Made by a program: the position numbers and the translations under genes
Source: Paramoeba atlantica
Lineage: Eukaryota > Protista > Discosea
DNA length: 64,000 nt
Reading direction: 5' to 3'
Assembly (NCBI GenBank): GCA_977017575.1
Contig: CDRNVI010000053.1
Span: forward strand, 186,001 to 250,000
The notes under the pieces: model-generated
What the model was told of the DNA's origin: nothing
Databases searched by the model: none
Seen by the model: the letters and a program-made list of their open reading frames with translations, nothing else
Shown here: positions 1 through 12,901 of the stretch, in pieces
Layout of the letters: every line of letters starts with the position of its first letter
How positions within the stretch are numbered: the first letter of the stretch is position 1

Positions 1-17
1 TACATGAACAGGAAATC

Positions 18-857
18 ATGAAGCTTGTCCCGAACAACGTTTTTGCCGCTGTACAAATGTTGTGGTTAACACATCTGGATGACAAAGTTATGTGCGGAAT
101 ACTGCCTGATCGTGCGACAACATTTGAGGCTATAGTAGGCTCCAGCTATTCAAGCGAGTTACTCCGAGTCTGGACTGAATGGTCACGTTTCTCGTCGCCA
201 GATTTCGACTCTAACATTAAAAGTAATTTTAGTATACTACATCCAAATGATAAAGTCACTTCATGTTCTGTGAGGCACATGTCTCCCATTGAGGCATTTG
301 TTGACCGCTATAAAGCCCCTCTCTTATCAATGCCGTATGGTATTTTTCGAAAGCTAATGCGCGCAAGACTTTACGGCGAGCGAACACGGTTTGTGTCGCG
401 CAAGTCTGAACGTAGGAAAAAACATTCTGTGCATCAATTACGTCCGAAGATACGACTACAGCATTCGAAAATAAAATCTCTCTATTTTCGGAGACCCACG
501 AGTCCCAAGCTTGATCAGGACCATCCGGTGTTTCACACAGTGCTTTCACTCCCTGGGCTTTCACAGTCATGCGTATCTTACCACCCACGTGCACGTACTT
601 CAACATTTTCTGAATCGAAAAAAATTCGTGAATTTCTGATGCTTAATGAGTCGCACCTGTTCGAAAAACAAAAAGAACTAGAATGTTCGTTACTTCCATG
701 TTTGATGTGCAAAAACGATTCTCTTCGAATTTATTCCAAGAATACACGCAACCGAAATCATGAGACTCGTCGAAAAGAATGTGCTCCGGCACTGTGGTCC
801 ATTGGTTCTTTCCTAGCAATGCTTATAATAATGAAGCGAGACGAGAACAACGAATGA
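18..857 (+). CDS. hypothetical protein (279 aa)
   Basis: Long ORF in non-repetitive sequence; no recognisable motif. Confidence 0.35.
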   Translation: MKLVPNNVFAAVQMLWLTHLDDKVMCGILPDRATTFEAIVGSSYSSELLRVWTEWSRFSSPDFDSNIKSNFSILHPNDKVTSCSVRHMSPIEAFVDRYKAPLLSMPYGIFRKLMRARLYGERTRFVSRKSERRKKHSVHQLRPKIRLQHSKIKSLYFRRPTSPKLDQDHPVFHTVLSLPGLSQSCVSYHPRARTSTFSESKKIREFLMLNESHLFEKQKELECSLLPCLMCKNDSLRIYSKNTRNRNHETRRKECAPALWSIGSFLAMLIIMKRDENNE

Positions 858-1588
858 AAGTGTAACGACCTATGTAAGTGTGCCTACTAAGCATCAAGTA
901 CATACCGTATACCCCCCCAGTACGAGAGTTTTGGCCCTTTTTGGGCAGACCCCCAGTAAGAGAGATTAGGATCGAAAGCCCCACAGGAAGCGTATAGGGG
1001 GTAGAGGGTGAGTGTCCGCATATCGGGGGCCTCGGGGGTAACCCAAATAAGCGTTTTAACCATAGCTGTAGGATTATTAATAATTCAGTTCGGTAATAAT
1101 AATTATTATTAATAGATTATTAATAATTTATTAATAATTTATTATTGAGCTTTCACACTCAGATTTCTCGCCCTTAATTATGTATAAAACAATATTTTCA
1201 TGCCGAAAAGGAGCATTGATGGGGATCTCCTTATGGAGTCGATGTTGATACTTCGAGCATCATTATCTGCACCTCAACCTACACGGGAAGTAGGATCCTA
1301 CACCTGACGCAGGTAAATGTGCTGTACCAACGGCAACTCCTTATGGAGTGCTGATATCGAGGGCCGGGAAAAGCCAAACTCTGTATTTGTATGATGTGTC
1401 GCAACGAAAATGAGCTTTCTGGATCTCCTGGCGGTCTTCCCTGGTGCTGCCATCATACTGCTGCAAATGACGCCGACCACATGTCTACATGCGAGGGGCT
1501 CCTCATGTGTCACTCACAGCCCCTCGTGTAAATGCATATTGAATTATTAATAATATTAATAATTTGATATTTTGAATAATAATAATTA

Positions 1589-1926
1589 CTGTACCCCCCC
1601 TGCTTATGAGTTCCCCGGTTTTGAGAAAAAGGAACTCATAATCGTACCAGATCAGAATTCGAGCCATAAAAACGCGAAAATTCGGGCCCGCGGCGCGAAG
1701 CGCCACGGGTTTTCCTTGACAATAATACTGGCGCTAAAATGTTTATTCACTCAGTGAGCGAGCCTGCTAGAGCAGGCTGAGTACGGGTGTTGGGGGGTTT
1801 ATGAATTTTTGTTCAGTGCAAAAAAAAGATTGCCTCGCGAAAAGTGGGTACAAAAACATTCGCCTTAGAAAAAGGAACTCATAAGCGCACCAGAATTGGG
1901 GGAACTCATAAGCAGGGGGGGTATAG
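1589..1926. mobile_element. MITE, TA-flanked, CTGTACCCCCC-type TIR
   Basis: ~28-bp TIR CTGTACCCCCCCTGCTTATGAGTTCCCC / GGGGAACTCATAAGCAGGGGGGGTATAG, TA on both sides. Confidence 0.8.
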
Positions 1927-2086
1927 TATTATTTCGTTCGTGTCGGAGGGCGGAACGGCTTGCTGGAGCTTCACACCCACGTAGGGACTGATAGCTGACT
2001 CGGGGTGGTCGGCCGAGTTAGCCCGATGTAACCACGTCGCGCAAAACGGAAGAATACATCGCCTAAATCCTCCGGACACTAACCCC

Positions 2087-4560
2087 GTGAAGGTAACGGG
2101 ACAGGAGCACACACACCGAGGACACCCCCACCCCACTACCCGACCCCCACATTACAGACCCCATTCCCACACCCCCGCTTCAGGGGATGGGCCGTGCCGG
2201 ATGCCAGCGAGGATTGCGCCGAGGCTGGCAGCCTCAGAGCGGGCCCGTATCCAAAATCCCATCGCAATAGGGGGCCCATCCCGACACCCAACAGCTTTTC
2301 ATCGGGCCCCAAGTCCACATCCCCTGTTCTGGGGGGGGCATGCCGGATGCCAGCGAGGATTGCGCCGAGGCTGGCAGCCTCAGAGCGGGCCCGTGTCCAA
2401 AATCCCTTTGTAATTGGGGGCCCACCCCGCTCGCGGGACCCTGATCGAGCACATCGCTGCGGCCGCCAATGTGCCCAAAACTTCTCAGCGGACGACGGGA
2501 CAGGGGGGACATCGGAGGTGGGGGGGGGTGTCTTCCACCACACGAAACAAGCAATCCACCCCGACAGCCCAGGGCGCTCCAGTTGAGGAGCGAGGACAAC
2601 CCCCTTCCCCCGAAAACTTAGCAGAGCTCCTTGGGAGGGGGTCTTTACGTAAACTATATGCACTCCAATACCCGGCTTGGAAGGAATACATTGCCAGTGT
2701 ATGGCATGATTTTGTAAACAAGTCAGTGGAGGGCAAGTTCGAGATGGCTTGGAACCTCCTCCTCGCCGTTAAACGTTTCCTTTTCCTCCCCGAGGACAAG
2801 CTGTCGCAACGCCAGCTAGCGCGCGAGCTCAGAATGCGTGCCCATCTAGAGGGTTCGGAGACCTTGGCTCCATCCCCGAGTCAGGCCAACGGTGCCCCGT
2901 GGTCTGTCAAAAAACGGGTCGAGGAATCGTGCAGGGCGGGTTGCTTCTCCAGGGCGGCCAAAACGGTACCACAAGTACCCTTCACCTTGGGGAAGGCCAA
3001 TGCATCACGAGCTCAAGGGGGGTCAAGCAAGGTGACCCCATGGCTCCCATCCTATTTGCCATAGGGATCCAGGGGGCAATCGCCAGAGTGGCGGCCAACT
3101 TCACAGGCACGCTGAAGGTCTGGGCGCACCTGGATGACGTCACCTTTGCTGGTGAACCCAAGGTTTACGCCAAAGCCCTAGAGGCCCTCCGCGAGGAGCT
3201 GAAGCATCTTGGGCTACGGCTAAATACCGCTAAATGCAAAGTAGCTACCAGACACAAGGACCTCTTCTCCCGGTTCTCCGGATCTCGCATGGTCCACTCC
3301 CCTGGGAGGGTCAAACTACTGAGGGCTTTCATCGGGGTGTCGGAGGCTAGGGAGGAAGAATGGGTGCTTTCCAAGGCCCCCAAGGTAATCTCCTTCCTGG
3401 AGAAACTCAAGGACATTAGCAGGCAATGCGCCTTGTCCCTCTTAAGACTCTGTGGGAGTCCTCGATGGAACTACGTCGTAAGGACCCACGAGGCCCCGGT
3501 CACTAAAGTGGCCAATACCCAGGTCAACAAAGCCGTCCTGGCGTGTGCTGAGGCCTTGTGTGGTCCTGGCATGTGCTGAGGCATGTGCAGAGGGGGATGG
3601 GCTCCTTGGGAAAAACGGCGTTCTCCAATAACCTTTTCACGGCAGATTTCCTGGGGACCATCCCCTTCGAGTACAAGGCGGAAGACATGCAGGCCAAGGC
3701 GAAGAACTCCCTACAGGGCCGACCCCAAAAGGGGTTCCTTGGCATGCCAGCCAAGGAACAGCGGCGCAACCTCTGTGAGGCCGCGTTGGGGAAAGCCCCG
3801 ACGGCTACCCAACTGGTCTGCATGCGACAGACCCAGAACATTCACTCCACTAAGTGGATGAACGCAAGGCCCAACCGGCCGGAGTACTACATGCGGGACC
3901 CGCAGTGGGAGACTGCGGCCCGTCTCCGGTACTTGGTCGCCCCCACCTCGGAGCCTGAGCTCCAGTGCGTGTGCGGTGCAACCCTCCGCAACGAGGAGTT
4001 TTGCGTACACGCGCTGGATTGCAAGAAGGTTAAGTGGAAAACACAGGTCTCCCGCCACAAGGAGGTCAAGGAAACCTTTCGAAACCTCTTAGTGCAGTAT
4101 GGTTTCAAACCGGACCTACACGAACCGAGGTTCGACAATGGACGGGGGCCCGACATATGCTTCCAACTGGGACGGAAGACCGTCCTAGTTGATGTCACCG
4201 TGGTGAACCCACTGGCCCCGTCCTACGTGGAGAAGGAGGCCGCAGAGCCTTCTCATACCCTGAGGATAGCCGAGGCCAACAAGCGGCGCTGACATGATGA
4301 GATGGCGACCGCCCGAGGGATGGAATTTTACCCCTTGGCCTTCACCACCTACGGGATCCCGGGCCCAGAGACCTTGAACTTCCTAACCAAGGTGGCCAGG
4401 GCCCACACATCCGACAAGAACGGATGCATGTCCCACCTCCTGATGGCCATATGGGTGGCCATCCAGAAAGGTTATGCCCAGATTGTACAAGCGGCAGTAC
4501 AAGACTGGTACCGCCGCGGGGTACGAGGCTAGCTGGGCGATGGGGTTTAGGGAGGGGATT
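2087..4560 (+). mobile_element. degenerate CRE/SLACS-like non-LTR retrotransposon (RT + restriction-like endonuclease)
   Basis: Frameshifted ORF pieces with GVKQGDP..LF and WAHLDDV (RT), and CVCG, SRH, GPD, VDVTVVNP (RLE); 54-bp exact repeat at 2195-2248/2341-2394 in the 5' region; RT N-terminal motifs appear deleted. Confidence 0.85.
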
Positions 4561-4574
4561 ATTACTAATTATTG

Positions 4575-4720
4575 CGGTGGTTGTATAACTACCGCTCTAC
4601 CCTCGATTATTGGAAAAAAGTGAACAAAAACAGTGAAAATATAAAGAGGAACACAGTAATATAATAGAAGAAAAAAATATAAAAGGGGGCCCCGGTGGTC
4701 CAAAATTGAAAAAAAAATTG
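4575..4720. repeat. dispersed repeat; reverse-complement copy at ~50460-50611
   Basis: GCGGTGGTTGTATAACTACCGCTCTACCCTCGATTATTG... matches the reverse complement of 50460-50611. Confidence 0.8.
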
Positions 4721-5676
4721 AAAAAAATGGGGGGTCTAGGGGGGCTCCAGGGGGGGGGGCGTACGTCGTTTTTTGAAAATTTCAAAATCTTGATTTTCGA
4801 GATCGAGCGCAGGGAAGTGGTAGATTAGGCCGCGGCGATGACTTTCCACCCCCCCACCTGGGGGTACCCCCCCTGGTACGCGCGGGAGGGGTCCGACAAT
4901 GTCAAAATTCCGAAATTTTTGGGATGACCAAAAAAAATTTTTTTTTGACCCCAAAAAAAGTAAAAATATTATTTTTCCAAAATCGACTCCTAAAAAATAT
5001 TTGGAGAGCTTGGGACCTCAGTTACCATTCTACGACGTTTTTGTCGACAGGTTCGACTCCTGCCCCTACTCGTCTAAAAATTGTCTAAAAAGTTGGAGGA
5101 AAATATTAAATTGGCAAAAGAAGTAAACCCCCCAGTAAGTGAGATTTGACCATTTTGACCCAAAACGCATTCTCTTACTGGGGGGGGTATACGGTAAGAA
5201 GAATTTCTAAGATCGCACAACGCCAAAATTGAATGTAAAAAACTGCACTTGTCATTTCGAGATCGCCTTGGGTAATGCAAGAGACTTGAAGGTAAAAAAA
5301 CCAAGTACTGAGTAGCGATTCCTCTTCGTTATGCAGGGGTGGGTACGAAAATATGGAGGGGTCAATACCGGTCATCCATTTTACACGTTATTTGTACACT
5401 CCTCAAAGTCCTCCCAATTATTTGTCTGATCAACTCTAAGCCCTCTATAGGTATGTAAGATGTTAAATCGCCAGAAAAATTAGTGTCGAGAGGTCGATAG
5501 TTCATTTATTCTACCGAATTTTTCTCAAATTTTATGCTGTTCCCTACACGTCAGGCACCTGGTAGCTTTTGTGTATATCTATAGTTGACTCAGTAAGCCT
5601 TCATCCTAAACTGTTCTTTCGCACCCTTTAAACGCAAAAAACTTCTTCCACGCCCAAAATAAACGTCCTTGGAAAT

Positions 5677-6480
5677 GAGGTGGCCACTTTTTCATGGGGT
5701 AGTCATCTGGCCACCTTTTTGAGGTGTGGCCAGGTGGCCACTTTTTCAGGGGTTGCCCAGCTGCTCCCTTTTTCAGAGCGTGGCCAGGTGGCCACTTTTT
5801 CAGGGTGTGGCCAGGTGGCGACTTTTTCGGGCTGCGGCCAACTCGCCACTTTTTAAGAGCGTGGCCAGGTGGCCACTTTTTCAGGGTGTGGCCAGCTGGT
5901 CCCTTTTTCAAAGGGTGGTCAGGTGGCCACTTTTTCAGGGGATGCCCAGCTGGGCACTTTTTATTATCTAACTCGCCTACTAAGGTTAATTCCGCGAGCC
6001 TTAAATGGGCATAAAACGAGTACAAAAATGATTTTTTTAAAATTTTAAAAACAGAGGTATGACTCATCAATCAATCTCCGTAATATTTCAAATATGAAAG
6101 GACAGCTGACCACCTCCTGCATGAAAGGACAGCTGGCCACTTTTTCAGCGTGTGACCAGGTGGCCACTTTTTCAGGGGGCGGCCAACTGGCCACTTTTTC
6201 AGGGGGTGGCCAACTGGCCACTTTTTCATAGGGTGGTCAGCTGGCCACTTTTTCGGAGGGTGGCCAGGTGGTCACTTTTACAGGGTGTGACCTGGTGGCC
6301 AGTTTTTCAGGGTGTGGCCAGGTGGCGACTTTTTCAGAGGGTGGCCAGCTGGACACTTTTTCTTAGGGTGGCCAGGTGGCCACTCTGTGTGGCCACATGT
6401 GTGGCCAGGTGGCCACTTTTTCAGGGGGTGGCCAACTGGCCTCTTCTTCAAGGGGTGATCAGCTGGCCACTTTTTGAGGT
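5677..6480. repeat. 27-bp satellite (TGGCCAGGTGGCCACTTTTTCAGGGTG) in two blocks
   Basis: Degenerate tandem 27-bp units; the ORF track shows 9-aa WPGGHFFRV periodicity; related arrays at 33655-33890 and ~42985-43185. Confidence 0.9.
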
Positions 6481-6525
6481 GGTTTTTGTAGACTTGAGCC
6501 ACTACTTGAGGTGGTGGTTTTTTTA

Positions 6526-6709
6526 GAATCCAGGTATAAAGGGGCGAGGGAGATACGAAGCAACAGATGTAGCAGATTCCCACTGAAAAGAAATCGCATC
6601 TCCCTGCACGAGGAATGCCTACCTATGCGCGTGCTATACGATTTCTTTTCTGTAGGAATCTGCTACATCTGTTGCTTCGTATCTCCTTCGCCCCTTTATA
6701 CCTGGATTC
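6526..6709. repeat. 184-bp near-perfect foldback (hairpin MITE-like)
   Basis: 55-bp outer arms with 1 mismatch, plus ~20 bp imperfect inner arms. Confidence 0.85.
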
Positions 6710-6749
6710 ATACCTCGTTTGGGTCCTTGTTACCAAACTTGTTACCAAG

Positions 6750-7140
6750 TTATTGCTCGATCAGCGGAGTGAGAAGGTCATCTACCGGCATTCGTGATAT
6801 CATCATACGTGCCTGGCGACGCATCAGCGTTATGTTCACGTCTGTGACGAGATGTAGCGTAGCAGCTCCGTCACTGAGAATGCCGTGGGACGTTTTGGCC
6901 CGGCGTTCTCCTACTTTCCGGAACACTGCTAGGGCACTAGAGCTCCATGAGCCGTAGCTCTCAACCATTGCTGTGAAGTCGCTTCCTGCAGACTCAGATT
7001 CACGGCGCTGTCGGGCTTTCTGGTCAGAGGCGTAGTGCTCAGCGAAAGACCCCGCGGCCACCCAGCTAGCATTTCTGGCTGTGTCCGTGTATTTTGATTG
7101 CTGGGCGTGAGTGACCGCGAAGTCAAGCACTATAGGTTTT
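6750..7140 (-). pseudogene. 3' fragment of RLE-type (CRE-like) non-LTR retrotransposon
   Basis: LDFAVTH...FTAMVESYGSW resembles the RLE C-terminal D(V/F)xVT...ExxG region. Confidence 0.6.
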
Positions 7141-8945
7141 CCGAGGAATATTACCTTTATCTTTTTTTTCGGTCAAAAAAAGTTTTTGGGTCCCCCCGCG
7201 AAATTGTTTGATTCTTTTTGTCGGGCAAAAGGCCGGCGAAAGGGGGGTGACGGGGGTGACGCAAGGACGTGAAGGGGGTGGCGACAGGGGGTGGCGAAAG
7301 GGGGAACACGGCCAGTCGAGGCACATGAGGAAAAGCGCTCTTACAAAAAAAAACAAGCAACAAGGTAAAATTGCATAAATTATAAACCCCCCACAGCGAA
7401 TAAATCACCCCCCTCTTTTTTTTGTACAACGAGGCTTAGGGGGGTTGCGGCACCACTTTTTCGTTCAAAATTTTGAGATCTGCACGTTCCCGCTGTTTTT
7501 AGACCTCTTCACAGATAACAAATTAAAACTCATTTTTTTAATGACGTTTTTACATAGTCATGCTAATATTACCCGAAAAATCTCATGTTCCTCGACCAGG
7601 GGGGGAGAAGGGGGTCAACATGAAAATGGTGTCACAGATCTTCGCTAGGGGAACGAGATCTCTCGATTGCAACAAAAATGATCAAAAACAGATAACAAAC
7701 ATTCAACTTGTCACGTGGTGGAATATTTGTCTTTGATTGGTTCTTTCTTGAAACGGTGATAAATCAACTTTTTTAAGCTGTCCCCTTTACTTTTTGCTTG
7801 AAGGGGCCTAAGGTGGTTAAGATATCATTTTCTCGTTCAAAATTCAGAGATCTACACGTTCCCACCATTTTTAGATCATTTTAGAAACTGAAAAAAAAAA
7901 TTATTTTTAGGTTCTATTTTTTTGCATCGTCATACCACACTAATTTAAGAAAACAAACACTCCGCGACCAGGGGGCACAAGTGGGTCAATATTAAAAAAT
8001 AGCGGCAAAGATCTTTGCTAGGAGAACGAGATCTCTCGTTCGCAACTAAAATCAGCAAAAACGGACAAAAATAATTGAATTTCTCATGGGAGGAGAAGAT
8101 TTATTTTGTTAAAGTGTGAGAAATTGGTCTCTTGAAAAATGAGAAGAAAGTGATAATCCATCTATCGGATGCACGCATTTGAGAGCCTTGGTTCCATGCT
8201 ATAACGCGCAAAGTCTTTGTGTTGGGAACAGCAAAATGCAACAAAAATGAGCTCAAACGGACACTTGGCTGAAAAGTTAGAGGGGGGTAACTTTTCGCTG
8301 TGGGGGGTTTACGTTATGCAGACCTCCTTCCGTTTTCTTCGGCTTTCGAAGCCAATTTTTCTTTTTTAATCTTTTCGTTAAACGCGGAGGTAGTTTTCAA
8401 CGCGAAGCGCGCAGCGTAAGTGACTTCTATGTTGAAAACAACCACCACGTTTAGCGAAGAGCCTAAAAAAGAAAATTACATAGCTTATACATTCGTATGT
8501 ACATAGGGTATACTCATCGTATTAGGTATCTTGTATAAAGTGTCTTACACATAGGATGCATGAGTGCTGATCCTTCACAACCTGGTGATCTGGACGTTCT
8601 GAGCGGTGGTTTCGTATTGAAAAACTTAATGTATGAACTGAATCCCTTTGGGTCAGGAAAGGTCCTTCTCTCTGCTGTCAAACCGGGGACGAAGCAGGCT
8701 GAGCAGCGCACGATACCTCCCTATACCCCTGCATTACCTTCTTCACATCCTTGCGCTTTTGAGAATGATCAACTAGCGAAATGTAATGCCACAATCGACG
8801 CACAAGTACTACTGGGTGGTCGGTGTGCAATATGTAATTCCGAACGCAAAAATCTGATGAAATGTCTAACCAAGCATAAATACACTGATGTATGAAATTA
8901 ACGGTAATGTATCATTTGAGGTACTGTGACCTCTCTCTTAATATA

Positions 8946-9694
8946 CAGGGGGGTGCACGAAAATATGGGGGGGGGTCAAAATTCTTATAACTCGCCCAAT
9001 TTTGGAAAATAATAGCGCATTCGAGAGCTTTCACAGAGTTACGTGTCATGTGATAATGCGTTTCCCGCATTTTTTTTTTTAAGAATATAAAAAAATCATG
9101 ATTTTTCAAAGTGCAAAATTCTGCAGTTTTTTGAAAAAAATGCCTTTTTTGTGAATTTATCGACTTTTTTGATCCTAATACAGTATTATGCCCCAGAAAA
9201 GGTCATATTCGAATAATAAAAAGGTGCAGAAGCGGAGTAGATTTTGTTATTCGCCTCGTGGGCAACTTAAAGCATCTCACAGGATACTCTTGGTTAAAAA
9301 ATTCTCGATTCTGATATGGACGAGCATAAAAACTCGCTTTGTCCAACGGATCGTGCAGGTTTGAGACGAGCGATCGCCTCTAGGATCGAAAATAAAAAGG
9401 AGCGCAATACGATGTATTTTTGAGGACTTTAAAGAGTGTTCCAACGCGTGTGGAAATTGTGTTGGACAAAAAAGGTGGAAATTGTGGATACTCGCTTTTT
9501 TTACCAGAAAAAAAAGCTTGCAGTAGCCCTTTTTACGGTATTCAGGAGAATGCATATACCTGGAAACTACGCAAAACGTAATATCACATGACACGTAACT
9601 CTGTGAGAGCTCTCGAATGCGCTATTATTTTCCAAAATTCGCCGAGTTGTAAGAAATATAACCCCCCCCCCCCATATTTTCGTGCACCCCCCTG
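8946..9694. mobile_element. Tc1/mariner-type MITE with ~120-bp TIRs
   Basis: TA|CAGGGGGGTGCACGAAAATATGGG...CCCATATTTTCGTGCACCCCCCTG|TA; inverted similarity extends ~120 bp. Confidence 0.88.
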
Positions 9695-9758
9695 TATTAT
9701 ACACCCCCCTGCATTATTCATAACGTGTATATTTACACGTTTTTCAGGTTTGTGAATA

Positions 9759-12224
9759 CCGTTACCACCCCCTTAGATATCCTAGTACGTTACTTATCTT
9801 CTTTTGTGATGAAATCTCCGGGTCACGAGAGGATAAGTAGCGTACTAGTTTACAGAGAAAAGTTTCGGATTTTTTCATTTCATTCAGTGGTAATTTTTTT
9901 CCAACTTCAGAGTTGCGCACATTTATTTCAGAATAGAAATACATACATGTATTTGCGCATGTACCAAAGAACTTCTGTTCACCATACAATACAGATGCTT
10001 CTATACTATTTCTACACTGCATACTAAAACTCTATTACTACCAAATGCGTCAACCATTGCCATCACTCATTTTTAGCGCGAATCAGGTTAGGGGTGCTCT
10101 AATGCCTCGAGACCCTGTCGTTGTTGTCACTGCTCCAGAGAACATTACCAACATCCTTCCGACAGCTCAGCTTCTCACGGAGCAGCATGTGGAAAGCGAG
10201 CGTGAGCGCAAGTCTCGAGTAGAGCTTACGATACAGCAGAAATGCAACATCTGCGCTTCTCTGGATGCAGGAAAAACAGAACGACTGTTTGCTCAAGAGT
10301 ATCACCTTGATCGAAGCACCGTCAGAAAACTATATAAAAAAAGCAAAAGTGGGACCGTTTGGTGCGCCTTGGCTGCGGTTCTATGGGCCAGTGTCACCCT
10401 CCGCGCCAGAATGCCGCACTATATGAGGCCGGAGCCAACATGCTGCAAACTCTGCGGGAAGCTTTCACTGGAGTTACGAAGACAATGATGTTTTCGTTTT
10501 TCTTTGGTAACTCAGCTCACTTTCGGGGCTTGTCTGAGTATGGCAAAGACAAGTTTTGGCTACGCTTTTGTCATTTTGCAAATGTGTGCCGACGCCGGGT
10601 GAACGGTTGTACACAACTTGTTCCTACCGACGCCGAAGAGTCATTCAGTAAATTTCTTGATATGATCGCTCTCATGAATGCCGACCGCGGTGGGTACACT
10701 ACCATTGTGACTGGTGACGAGACTTCGGTGTGTTGGGAGCCCGTAAGTGAGATAACCTATGAAATCCGTGGTACAGAGAGAGTAAAGGTTAAGACATGTG
10801 GAAAAGAAAAGGCCATGGTAACGGCTTGGTTTTGGGCAACGTCTGTGCTTGTTCCCGGTTCCTCCCCAGAACAACGTACTTGGGAACATCGTTTGTTTCC
10901 ACCACACCTGTTGTGGAGCGCTCAATCTTGTGAAGGTCGAGTTGCACGGGAAACGAAGGCAGCATTAGATCTGTATGGTTGCACTTCAACCGTTACAGGA
11001 TCATGCTGGATGACAGGAGATTCCTTTTTTCAATGGATGATAAAGGAATTTTTTAACACCAGTAAATATCCACCCAGCAAGACTTTATTGATTCTAGACT
11101 TGTACGCAAGTCACCGAACCGAGGTAGCCCTGTCCCTTCTTCGTCGCCAGGAAATCGACGTTTGTTTCGTCCCTGCAGGCTGCACAGCGCTGGTTCAGCT
11201 CATGGACTTGGCTGTCAATCGGCCGTTCAAGCAAAAGTACAAGGAGCTGTTCGCTCATTGGCGTGCAGCGACCAGAACACAAAAACGGCCACCCACTCGC
11301 CGGCTAATCACTCAGTTCGTTGCCGGAGCCCTAGCTTCCGTCGAGACTTCAGCTTACGAGAAGTCCTTTTGCAAAATTTATGTTCCTGCCTTACAGCGCG
11401 ATTTGCAGACCGTCCCGATTTCAGCGGTTGAAGATTTACGTGCCAACACCTTAGTTGTGACAGCCACGACTCAAGATACCGATGAAGAGACCGGTTTTAT
11501 TTCTCTTTTGGCGCAAACTTTAACTTTAGAGGATGAAGCGCGTCCCGAAGACGAGGAGTAAGGTCCTAGGCTATGTCCTAGGCTAATTTTGATTATTAAA
11601 GTATACTACTGAAAATCATCTTCTTGTATGTGCGCGGCATACATTTTAACAATTCTTGTATCATTATTTTCAAGGTGCGTTCAAGGCTATAGGTCAGGGG
11701 CATTGCCTATTTTCTTTTTTGACAATGTTGGGGTTTAGCGCTCCCCACCTTCCCGAGCTACGTCCACAGCAACGTTTTTCATATTATATTTTTACTCGTC
11801 GTATCTAAGTTTTTCTGTGGTTTTCCTTAGTGTCTTGTAAATCCTCTATAGGTATTCCAATTTCCGCGCGCTTCTTCCTTCAAGTGGCACAGTGTATGTT
11901 TGAAAGCAAAATACTTACGTACCTTTTTTCGTATACAACACATTATTTACATAGCATATCTCCTTTATCACAGCCATCACATAATTTTTAACTTTGATTT
12001 TGATGCCTCACTTGGACAGCGTGCAACTCCGACGAAAAGAACACATCGGCGAATACTTTCGACGCGGTTGTATCATGCAAAAACACCTTTTGGCACAAAG
12101 GTCACTCGAACTTCTTCTAGTACGCTACTTATCCTAGTATGCTACTTATCCTAGTACGTTACTTATCCTCAAACCGTCCATTTCGGAGACAGAATGCGGG
12201 ATATCTAAGAGGGGGGGGTAACGG
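9759..12224 (+). mobile_element. pogo/Tigger-family DNA transposon
   Basis: TA|CCGTTACC...TTAGATATCC TIR and its reverse complement at 12199-12224|TA; CTAGTACGTTACTTATC subterminal repeats; internal DDE_1 transposase. Confidence 0.85.
10045..11561 (+). pseudogene. pogo-like transposase (HTH + DDE_1), one frameshift near 10340-10440
   Basis: HTH YHLDRSTVRKL; GDETS, LILDLYASH, VPAGCTALVQLMDLAVNRPFK motifs. Confidence 0.85.
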
Positions 12225-12901
12225 TATTAAGGTGAGGTGCATAATAGAGCATACATCTCCTTAGTACGATAGTACCGTACTTACATACATCTCCGTAGTA
12301 CGGTGCTTTGTACTAAATGAAGTACGGACCCCCGATTTCGCACTACTAAGTACTTAGTACCATACTATCCGTACTAATTATGGTGTTACTTATGGAAACC
12401 TGATCTTGTATTCGCTCGAGATAGTATCCTGTGCGTAAAAAGTATTGTGGTGTCGCTGGGGTATGTATTTCGTTTTCAGGCTGATAGATACGGAAAATGC
12501 AACTACGTTGGATTGCTCCGCCCACATGGATGTTTCTTGCCACATGGATTGCTCTGGACTATGTTGTATTGTACAATGTATGTAATATGTATGTACATAT
12601 TGAGCGTGTTGTTATAACTGCACAGGAGTTTCCTGTTCAGGGTACAACACGCCATTATCTCGGCGTAGTAAACACGCCTTTGCTTGCCTGGCACAGTGAT
12701 CGCCGGAAAATTATATTTTTTTTTTTCGGTTCATTTCACTGCCCAAGTTGCTTCCCACTTAAGGGGCTGGCCCCCACAACTGAGTGATCTCCCCGGCGGC
12801 ATAGTATTACCTACATGTGTCAAGGAGGCTAAGAAGTGAGGCCAAGGAACTCTGTCTGCCTTAAGTTTCGCGCATTATGATTGTTGAATATGGATTGATC
12901 A

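Larger units (their letters stand above)
905..5194. mobile_element. pogo/Tc1-mariner-type non-autonomous shell (CCGT termini) containing nested insertions
   Basis: TA|CCGTATACCCCCCCAGTA at 905 and its reverse complement ending 5194 followed by TA; subterminal CCCCAGTAAG repeats at ~951 and ~5128. Confidence 0.65.

Noticed and set aside
1985-2100. Possible ribozyme at the CRE 5' end (GCTGACTCGG/CCGAGTTAGC stem)
   Set aside because: Could not fit the HDV, hammerhead or twister consensus by eye; only a simple hairpin is supported
5606-6583. ORFs with WPPGH/WPLFQ repeats (also MCYMHYQC and SYLIL ORFs elsewhere)
   Set aside because: Translations of satellites and microsatellites
12727-12900. DIRS internal complementary region
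   Set aside because: No complementarity to the ITR ends or outer flanks was found
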